Source: Myxococcota bacterium
GTDB lineage: Bacteria; Myxococcota_A; UBA796; GCA-2862545
Direction: 5' to 3'
DNA: 21,584 nt
NCBI GenBank assembly: GCA_039208735.1
Contig: JBCCQY010000163.1
Span: 1-21,584, forward strand
Positions 1 to 6,758 of the stretch are shown here, one piece after another. The position numbers and the translations under genes were made by a program. Under the pieces are notes generated by a model. The model was not told the origin of the DNA. It searched no databases and saw only the letters and a program-made list of their open reading frames with translations. Each line of letters starts with the position of its first letter. The stretch's first letter is position 1.

Positions 1-227
1 ACGGTGCGCCCGTCGATGGGTTGGCCATTGACCCGAGTGCCTTCCGTCGATCCCAGGTCCCGGACCCAAGGCCCCAGCGCATCGAGCCCCATCCGGGCGT
101 GCCGCACGGACGCCCCCTTCAACACGACGTCAGACCGCGGCCCCGACCCCACCAACACGGGGCGAGACGTCAGACGAGCGAGGTCGATCACGGCCACGGC
201 CGTCACTTCCTGTACCCGGTGCGACAT
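1..227 (-). CDS. FHA domain-containing protein, 5' part (runs off the window start; not in ORF track)
   Basis: Manual translation from ATG at 227: MSHRVQEVTAVAVIDLARLTSRPVLVGSGPRSDVVLKGASVRHARMGLDALGPWVRDLGSTEGTRVNGQPIDGRT. The S-x-R-H-A and DLGS-T-x-GT-x-VNG segments match the FHA signature. Confidence 0.8.
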   Translation of the reverse strand, partial: MSHRVQEVTAVAVIDLARLTSRPVLVGSGPRSDVVLKGASVRHARMGLDALGPWVRDLGSTEGTRVNGQPIDGRT

Positions 228-293
228 GGCATCCAATATCGTCGAGGCATGAACCGTTGACGGGGACGTGTACTCCCTGCACGAGGAGGATGG

Positions 294-1634
294 ATGGCCT
301 CGAGGCACGCGTTCGTTGCGGCCACGCGGTTCGGGCTCGGCGCCCGGCCCGGCGACCTGGCTGCGATCGACGCCGTAGGACCCAAAACCTGGGTCCTCAA
401 ACAGCTCGACATCGCGCCCCAAGACCCGCGACTCGCCTCGCTCTCGTCCACCCGAGACGCGGTCGATGCGTTCGATCAAGCCCGCAAGAGCGACGCCGAC
501 GTCAAGTCGATGATGCGGGAGGCGCTACGCGACCGTTTTGCAAGCGAGCAAGCGGCCCACCTCGTGACCGCCGCGGCGAGCGAGTTCCCGGTCTACGAAC
601 GCCTCGTCTCGTTTTGGGCGAACCACTTCACGGTCTCCATCGCTCGGCGTGAGGTCCTACCCATTGCGGGCGCCTTCGAACGAGATGCGATTCGAGCCAA
701 AATGCGAGGCACCTTCAGCGAGATGCTCGTGGCCAGCACCCGCCACCCCGCGATGCTCGCCTACCTCGACAATGCCCGTTCGATCGGGCCTGGCTCTCCC
801 GCAGGAACCCGCAGCGGCCGCGGCCTCAACGAGAACTTGGCCCGTGAGGTGCTGGAATTGCACACGCTGGGCGTTGACGGCGGCTACACCCAGGCCGACG
901 TCGAAAACCTGGCCAAGATCTTGACCGGCTGGGGGGTCGACACCGGCCACAACGCCATGCGCATGGACCATGCCCCATCGCCGAATGCCTTCCGGTTCAA
1001 TCCTCGGCGCCATGAACCAGGCCCCAAAACGCTCCTCGACGTGCGATACCCCGGTGGGGGCGAAGCGGACGGCCTTGCGGCCCTGCGGAAGCTCGGGCGC
1101 CACGAGGCCACCGCTCACCACATTGCGACCAAGCTTGTGCGTCACTTCGTCGCCGACGACCCACCCGCCGCCGCAGTTCGCTCGGTCGCCAAAGCCTTCC
1201 GGGATTCCTCGGGCCATCTCCCCACGGTCCACCGGGCGGTGGCGGAACTCTCGGTCGCCTGGTCCTCGGGACTCACGAAGGTGAAGACCCCCCGCGAACT
1301 GGTGGTGTCGACAGCCCGGGCACTCTCCTACGAAACGCAAGGGTCCCCAATGCTCGCCGCCTGCCGGTTCTTGGGTCAGCTGCCCTACGAAGCCCCATCC
1401 CCGCAGGGCTGGCCCGACCGGGCGGAAGATTGGCTCGCTCCGGAAGCCCTGCTTACGCGACTCGACTGGATCGAACAGGTCGGAAAAGCCGCCGGTCCCC
1501 TCGACGGTCTCGCCATCGCCGACCAGGTGATCGGCCCCGTGATGAGCGCCAAGACCCGCGCCGCAATCGCCAAGGCACAACGCCCCATGACCATCGCTTT
1601 GCTGCTCGCCAGCCCCGAATTCCAGAGGAGATGA
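294..1634 (+). CDS. DUF1800 family protein
   Basis: 446 aa; RBS GAGGAGG upstream; family motifs ERLVSFWANHFTVS, HPAMLAYLDN, NENLAREVLELHTLG, YTQADV, KVKTPRE, C-terminal SPEFQRR; directly followed by DUF1501. Confidence 0.93.
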   Translation: MASRHAFVAATRFGLGARPGDLAAIDAVGPKTWVLKQLDIAPQDPRLASLSSTRDAVDAFDQARKSDADVKSMMREALRDRFASEQAAHLVTAAASEFPVYERLVSFWANHFTVSIARREVLPIAGAFERDAIRAKMRGTFSEMLVASTRHPAMLAYLDNARSIGPGSPAGTRSGRGLNENLAREVLELHTLGVDGGYTQADVENLAKILTGWGVDTGHNAMRMDHAPSPNAFRFNPRRHEPGPKTLLDVRYPGGGEADGLAALRKLGRHEATAHHIATKLVRHFVADDPPAAAVRSVAKAFRDSSGHLPTVHRAVAELSVAWSSGLTKVKTPRELVVSTARALSYETQGSPMLAACRFLGQLPYEAPSPQGWPDRAEDWLAPEALLTRLDWIEQVGKAAGPLDGLAIADQVIGPVMSAKTRAAIAKAQRPMTIALLLASPEFQRR

Positions 1635-1636
1635 CC

Positions 1637-2806
1637 ATGCAGCGACGCCAGTTCCTCGCCGGGATGGGTGCAGTGGGCGCCTCGGGCCTTCTCGCACCCG
1701 CATGGGCCGGCCCTGGGTCCACGTCTGCGCCAAACGCGCGCTTCGTCGTGCTCATGCTGCGGGGAGGTCTCGACGGGTTGGGCGTGGTCCCCGCCTATGG
1801 CGACCCTAAATACCGCTCCGCGCGGGGCGACCTCGCCCTTCCGGCTCCTCGTCAAAGCGGCGGCGTTCTCGATCTCGACGGCACGTTCGGCCTGCACCCC
1901 GCCCTTGCCCCCCTGATGCCGCTGTACAAGGACCGCGCGCTGCTCGTGGCCCATGCCGTCGCTGCGCCGTACCGCGAGCGTTCGCACTTCGATGGGCAAA
2001 ACGTTCTTGAAACGGGCATGACGCAGCCCTTCGCATCCCGGTCGGGCTGGCTCGCTCGGACGCTTGCGCGTTCACCAGGCGGGATGGCCATCGGCAAGAC
2101 GGTCCCCCAACTCCTGCGTGGCCCCAACGCTTCGTTGTCGCTCGATCCTCTGCGAACCCCTCGCCCCGACGCCCCTTTGCATCGCGCGGTGGCCGAGCTT
2201 TACGCAGGCGATCCCACGCTCGCGGCGGCCCTGGAACGAGGCCAAGCCGCCCAACGCCTTCTTGCCCGCCACGCCGAGCCACGCGCCAGCCGCCGCGCCG
2301 ACGTCGCCAAGTCCGCTCGCGTCGCCGCCCGACTCCTTTCCGACCCCGAAGGTCCCCGAACCGCCACGTTCTCGATCGGCGGCTGGGACACCCACTCGGG
2401 TCAGAAGGGCCGCCTCGGCCGTCAGCTCGGGGTGCTCGCCTCGGCGTTCACGAGCTTCGCCGAAGCCATGCCCCCCGACGTATGGGCCAAGACCGTCATC
2501 CTCGCGGTGACCGAGTTTGGTCGGACGGTACAACCCAACGGGACGGGCGGAACCGACCATGGCGTCGGGGGCGTGGCGCTGGTGGCCGGAGGAGCGGTCG
2601 CGGGCGGACGTGTGGTGGCGGATTGGCCAGGCCTCGCCGAACGCCAGCGCCTCGAAGGACGCGACTTGCGACCCACGACCGACCTTCGCGCGCTCATGAA
2701 AGGGTTGCTTCACGATCACCTGCGAGTCAGCCCAAGCCGGCTCAACGACGACGTCTTCCCCGGTTCCACGAGCGTTGCACCGCTGCGAGGCCTCATCCGA
2801 GGGTAG
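1637..2806 (+). CDS. DUF1501 family protein with Tat signal peptide
   Basis: Start refined to ATG 1637 (RBS GAGGAG 1625-1630; alternative ATG 1631 overlaps the upstream stop). MQRRQFLAG twin-arginine signal; motifs LRGGLDGL, FGLHPAL, RSHFDGQ, GGWDTH, TEFGRT, NGTGGTDHG, DLRPTTDLR. Confidence 0.92.
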   Translation: MQRRQFLAGMGAVGASGLLAPAWAGPGSTSAPNARFVVLMLRGGLDGLGVVPAYGDPKYRSARGDLALPAPRQSGGVLDLDGTFGLHPALAPLMPLYKDRALLVAHAVAAPYRERSHFDGQNVLETGMTQPFASRSGWLARTLARSPGGMAIGKTVPQLLRGPNASLSLDPLRTPRPDAPLHRAVAELYAGDPTLAAALERGQAAQRLLARHAEPRASRRADVAKSARVAARLLSDPEGPRTATFSIGGWDTHSGQKGRLGRQLGVLASAFTSFAEAMPPDVWAKTVILAVTEFGRTVQPNGTGGTDHGVGGVALVAGGAVAGGRVVADWPGLAERQRLEGRDLRPTTDLRALMKGLLHDHLRVSPSRLNDDVFPGSTSVAPLRGLIRG

Positions 2807-2832
2807 ATCGCAAGCGATATGCTTGCTGTGCG

Positions 2833-3321
2833 ATGCAGTACGATTTCGAACAACTCGTTGCGAAGGCGGGTTCGTACGGGGGACAGGGCGTCGACACGTT
2901 GGTCGGACCCGTCCACGGTGAACTCGAACTGACCCCTCTGCGGAGTCGGCGGGCCGTCATGGTCCGATTTTCGGCCTTCCGGGTGGATGGCACCAAGGTG
3001 CACGATCAGCTCGGTTGGATCGCTCCCGACGACGAGGGGGATGCCGTCTCGATGTGGAGCATCGTGGATGAGGGTCGGGGACTCCGAAAGTTCGCACGGC
3101 GGTTCGACGCCGACGTCGTGGGCTCTGACCACACCCTGGCGTTCGCATGCGGCGACCCCCAAGACCCCTCCCAATGGCGAGCCGAAACCGCGCTTGACCT
3201 TTACGGAGACGGCAGCATCGGCATGCGGTTGCGCTGGGGCCGGCCGGGCGAACCGGGCGCCACCCACGCGATTGTGCGCATGAGTGCTACGTTTACGCCC
3301 CCAGAACCTGCGCCATTCTGA
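2833..3321 (+). CDS. hypothetical protein (162 aa; alternating hydrophobic pattern suggests a small soluble beta-barrel)
   Basis: ATG 2833 lies just after the DUF1501 stop; the upstream part of track ORF 2482-3321 overlaps DUF1501 in another frame. Composition is globular-protein-like; no family recognised. Confidence 0.7.
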   Translation: MQYDFEQLVAKAGSYGGQGVDTLVGPVHGELELTPLRSRRAVMVRFSAFRVDGTKVHDQLGWIAPDDEGDAVSMWSIVDEGRGLRKFARRFDADVVGSDHTLAFACGDPQDPSQWRAETALDLYGDGSIGMRLRWGRPGEPGATHAIVRMSATFTPPEPAPF

Positions 3322-3378
3322 GGAGTCTTCGCGGTTTCATCCTGTCGAGATGCGGGCATCCGATCCGAAATTCCGTGC

Positions 3379-4440
3379 ATGACTTCGATGATTCTGGTTT
3401 CGGCGCTGGCTTTGGCCGGCGGAGCACACAAGCAACCCCTGGGTTCGAAAAAGCAGCTCGTCGGGGACCATAGTGCCCAGTCGCTGCGGCTCGGCGAAGT
3501 GATGCTAGGCACCTCGGGGCTCGCCATGGGGGTGCTGCCCCGCGTTCAGGTGGGCACCCGGGCCACCCTCAACCTTGTGGGGTTGCCCAACGGCGAGGTG
3601 AAACTGCAGCTCATCGACCGACCGAACGTCGACGTTTCGGTCGATGGGCTTCTGATGCAGAGCACCCTCGCCGGGTTTGATGCCGACGCGTGGGGGGCCG
3701 GCGCCAACGCCTCGCTGCATAAGGGGCGATTTTCACTGCACAGCGGCGTTCACTACACATCGTTCGGCTTTCAGGGCGTCCCCACCGAAAGCCCGCCGTT
3801 GGTCGTCCAAATCGCGGGCCAGGACCCGTTGGCCGAGATTCCACCCGAATTCAGCGATCTGGCGGACGTTGGATTCCGTTGGCAAGCCGCCACCCTCCGA
3901 ACCGGGATCGAACTCCGGGTCTTCGGACGTAGTGGGTTGCTGCTCCAGGGCAGTCTTTCGATGGGCGGCCAGTTCGACATTCGCGCGGGGGCCACGATCG
4001 AAGGCACGTCGATCGACATCGGCCACGCGCTTCCCGGCGTCAACATGCTCAAGGCGAGCACAACGCCCGGTGGCTCCTGGGTGACGTCAGCCGCGTGGCA
4101 ACAGGTGTTGGGCCCCTTCCATCTCCGCGCCGGGATCGGGATTTCCGCGATCCCATACGCCTGGGTGACCCAGGCCATGTCCCTGCAAATGCGACTCGGC
4201 GGGTTTCGACTGAAGCGATCTCATCCCGCGGGGCGCATGGCGGAAGCCCGCATCAAGCGGAAGGACCGTCGTGCCCTTCGCAACGAGGGGGACGCGATGG
4301 CCGAGATTCCCACCGAGGAGCCGTCGGACGACGCGTACGAGGAGGCAAGCCTGCCCGTCGACATCATCTTCGAGCCGAACGAAGCTCCCGCGGCCCCAGA
4401 AACGGTGTACCTGCCCGACCCCATCACCGACGCGGAGTGA
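3379..4440 (+). CDS. exported hypothetical protein, probable outer-membrane beta-barrel with acidic C-terminal tail
   Basis: Signal peptide MTSMILVSALALA; many amphipathic beta-strand-like segments (WGAGANASLH, FSLHSGVHY, FHLRAGIG); basic then acidic low-complexity tail. Confidence 0.7.
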   Translation: MTSMILVSALALAGGAHKQPLGSKKQLVGDHSAQSLRLGEVMLGTSGLAMGVLPRVQVGTRATLNLVGLPNGEVKLQLIDRPNVDVSVDGLLMQSTLAGFDADAWGAGANASLHKGRFSLHSGVHYTSFGFQGVPTESPPLVVQIAGQDPLAEIPPEFSDLADVGFRWQAATLRTGIELRVFGRSGLLLQGSLSMGGQFDIRAGATIEGTSIDIGHALPGVNMLKASTTPGGSWVTSAAWQQVLGPFHLRAGIGISAIPYAWVTQAMSLQMRLGGFRLKRSHPAGRMAEARIKRKDRRALRNEGDAMAEIPTEEPSDDAYEEASLPVDIIFEPNEAPAAPETVYLPDPITDAE

Positions 4441-4855
4441 CCCGGCGACGAAGCAGGAGTCCCATCACGCCAAGCCCCAGCGCTGCGGCGGGCAAGCCTG
4501 GCGTGTGGGCGCACCCGAACTGCGGTTGACGGGCGTCGCAAAACTCCGAGCTTGAATTCGGATCATCGCCCCGTGCAAGTTCCTCGGCATCGGAGGTCCC
4601 ATTGCCATCGGAGTCGGTGTTGGCATCGATCAAAGCCATGTATGCGTTGCCCAGCGCATCGACGTCCGAACCACCGGTAAGGCCCTCGGCAACCAGGGCC
4701 TGACCGAACGGCATGGTCACCGTACCCGACCCGCCTGCATTGGTGGCGTGGCAGACCGTACAGGCGGGGGCGCACGGGCCTCCCGACAGGCTCTGGAGTT
4801 CGGCTGGGTACGACGGGGAGGCCTGGGCGACGAACGCCGAAAGGACCAGCAACAT
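4424..4855 (-). CDS. monoheme c-type cytochrome with thrombospondin type-3-like Ca-binding motif and MYXO-CTERM-type sorting signal
   Basis: ATG 4855 with RBS AGGAG; short signal MLLVLSAFVAQA; CTVCH (4748-4762); DSDGNGTSDAEELARGDDP motif; C-terminal FGCAHTPGLPAAALGLGVMGLLLRRR. Confidence 0.85.
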   Translation of the reverse strand: MLLVLSAFVAQASPSYPAELQSLSGGPCAPACTVCHATNAGGSGTVTMPFGQALVAEGLTGGSDVDALGNAYMALIDANTDSDGNGTSDAEELARGDDPNSSSEFCDARQPQFGCAHTPGLPAAALGLGVMGLLLRRRVTPRR

Positions 4856-4863
4856 GGACTCTC

Positions 4864-6045
4864 CTACAGGAAGGCGTGAATCTGGGCGAGGGCAATGCCC
4901 CCAACCCGCGAACCGATGACGCAGTTGACGGGCCCGTACATCGCGTCGACCCGAAGGTTGACGTGTGGCGCGAAGAACCACTGCACCGCGCCCCAACCGC
5001 GACCGAGCGACCCTTCTTCCGAGGTCGAGGCATCGCAGAACTCTCCGCCGGCCTTCAGATGCAGTCCGCGGACCGCTTCCCAGTCCGCCTGGGCATCAAG
5101 CAGGAAGCCCGGAGAGGTCGTGCGTGCGATCCCTGACCCCGAGCCGGTCACCAACACATCGGCCTCGGCAAGCAGGGCCAACTTTTCAACCGGGGAGGCC
5201 CGAACGAAGACCCCATGGGCCTGTCGTGTGGTTCGGGTGAGGGTCAGGATGTCGTTGCGGCTGCCCAGCACCAACGAAGACAGCCCCAGCTCGACCTCCT
5301 TGACGGGGGCCCACCCGACGAGACCCGAGTAGCCGCGTTCGCGAAAGGCATCAGGGGACACCTGGAGATTCCCCGCCACCGCCATCACTTCGCCCCGAAC
5401 CTTGCGGGTTTCGAAGGCGGTGGACACCCCCAGCTGCTGATCGGCGTTGGTGGTGGTGCGCGTCACCGCGCGGGTGAACCGGATGTGGTCGTCCCCGCGA
5501 ATCCCGAAGGGCAGGTTGATGCGACCTGCGCGAATGGTCAGGCTACGCGTGGGTCGAAACCCAACCCAGTAGTCGCGCGCCACCGGAACCACCACTGCGT
5601 TGGCGGTCTGGTCCGCGTCGATGACCCGGGCCGAAAGCGCCCCCTCCGACACGATGCCAAACGACCCATACGCGATGAACTTGTCGGTTTGAACGCCGCC
5701 TCGAAGGTCGGACTGCATGAGCAAGAAGCGCGTGTTGCCGGGCTGCGGAATTAGCAACCCGCGCACATCGACCTGGGCGATCACCTCTTTGGGCAACTTC
5801 ACCACGCCAAAGGCAAAATCCTTGATCTTTCCAGGGTCCTCGACGGGTTTGCCGTAATCGGACCGGAGCAGGGCCTCGGTCTGGGCCCGACCGTAGGCGG
5901 TCATCGCCGAGCCCCCGGAAGGGTCGACGTGGCACTGGCTGCAGGTGTTGTACTGGTGCTGAATCATCCAGGGGTAGGCCTGGGCCTCGCCGCTGGCGAA
6001 CAGGGTGAACAGGGCGACGATGAGCGCCGCCAGACTACGAAGCAT
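4864..6045 (-). CDS. outer-membrane monoheme cytochrome c/porin fusion (Cyc2-like architecture)
   Basis: Signal peptide ending AQA; mature N-terminus YPWMIQHQYNTCSQCHVDPSGGSAMTAYGR with a single CxxCH (5929-5943); the remainder is rich in amphipathic beta-strands (IRAGRINLPFG, QLGVSTAF, WGAVQWFF) and ends IHAFL. Start is ATG 6045 or GTG 6048, overlapping the yceI stop. Confidence 0.8.
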   Translation of the reverse strand: MLRSLAALIVALFTLFASGEAQAYPWMIQHQYNTCSQCHVDPSGGSAMTAYGRAQTEALLRSDYGKPVEDPGKIKDFAFGVVKLPKEVIAQVDVRGLLIPQPGNTRFLLMQSDLRGGVQTDKFIAYGSFGIVSEGALSARVIDADQTANAVVVPVARDYWVGFRPTRSLTIRAGRINLPFGIRGDDHIRFTRAVTRTTTNADQQLGVSTAFETRKVRGEVMAVAGNLQVSPDAFRERGYSGLVGWAPVKEVELGLSSLVLGSRNDILTLTRTTRQAHGVFVRASPVEKLALLAEADVLVTGSGSGIARTTSPGFLLDAQADWEAVRGLHLKAGGEFCDASTSEEGSLGRGWGAVQWFFAPHVNLRVDAMYGPVNCVIGSRVGGIALAQIHAFL

Positions 6046-6577
6046 CACGGAGGTCCACGGTGACGTCGGCCGTCATGGCCGGCTTAATGGTGACCCCAAG
6101 GTAGGTCGGGATCTCGATGCCGTGCTTGGTCGTGTCGAAGGGAAAGCTCGCCTTGATCTTGTAGAGATCCTTCGACCGCTTGATCGAGTACTTCACCGGC
6201 ACGTCAAGCTCGACCCCGTGGGCTTCGAATTTTGCGGTCACTTCGCCGTTGACCGTTCCCGCCTCCGGCCACTGAATGTGGTCCTTCGCCAGCGTGAGCA
6301 CCACGTTCGGGTAGGTCGCGGTTTCCACGTACTTTTCACGCATGTGCTGATCGCGAAGACCAATGCCCGTCTCGACCGTGTCCATGGGCACGGTGAACAC
6401 GAGGGTCGTGCCCTCATCTTTGAGAGTCAAGTCACGGGTCGTCCCATCAAACGTCAGGAATCCCGGAGACCCTTCAGCGTGGAAGACGACCTTCGGCTTC
6501 CCCTCGATCGTGGTGCCCGCGAGCGCCACGTTCGTCCAGAGTAGGCTTGTCGCCAACACCATCATCCACTTGCTCAT
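6035..6577 (-). CDS. YceI family (polyisoprenoid/lipid-binding) exported protein
   Basis: ATG 6577 with RBS GGGAG; signal peptide; hallmark TGIGLRDQHMREKY..TATYP, HGVELDV, and KHGIEIPTYLG motifs. Confidence 0.9.
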   Translation of the reverse strand: MSKWMMVLATSLLWTNVALAGTTIEGKPKVVFHAEGSPGFLTFDGTTRDLTLKDEGTTLVFTVPMDTVETGIGLRDQHMREKYVETATYPNVVLTLAKDHIQWPEAGTVNGEVTAKFEAHGVELDVPVKYSIKRSKDLYKIKASFPFDTTKHGIEIPTYLGVTIKPAMTADVTVDLRDAS

Positions 6578-6665
6578 TCGAGTCTCCCTGTGTTGTGCCG
6601 GTGGCCCCGAAACGGGACAACGAGGCGATGTACAACGTGTTGGAACCGCGACGCAATGTCCGTGT

Positions 6666-6715
6666 TTCTCGTCCTCCAACGGCTTTACACATCTCAACAA
6701 CGTTGGAGACGAGAA
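6666..6715. repeat. inverted repeat/hairpin in the divergent yceI / Rieske-ThDP intergenic region
   Basis: TTCTCGTCCTCCAACG (6666-6681) pairs with CGTTGGAGACGAGAA (6701-6715): 15 bp with one bulged C and a 19-nt loop. Confidence 0.7.
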
Positions 6716-6758
6716 CCCCGGGTCACAAAATCGCAATGCGAGGGGAATGGGGCGTTCG

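Noticed and set aside
4864..6045. Assigning the gene symbol cyc2 or iron oxidase function
   Set aside because: The architecture matches, but the typical Cyc2 P-x-FAR[QK] N-terminal motif is not present and function cannot be inferred without HMM or phylogenetic support.
6363..6746. N-terminal extensions of the Rieske-ThDP ORF and, on the other strand, the YceI ORF (to 6889)
   Set aside because: They overlap each other's genes; signal peptide, RBS and domain boundaries support starts at 6759 and 6577.
6578..6758. TPP or c-di-GMP riboswitch upstream of the ThDP enzyme
   Set aside because: I could not find the TPP core (CUGAGA...ACCUGA) or a convincing c-di-GMP-I core; only a generic hairpin and a short CCCGAAACGGG stem are present. 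An Rfam scan would settle it.
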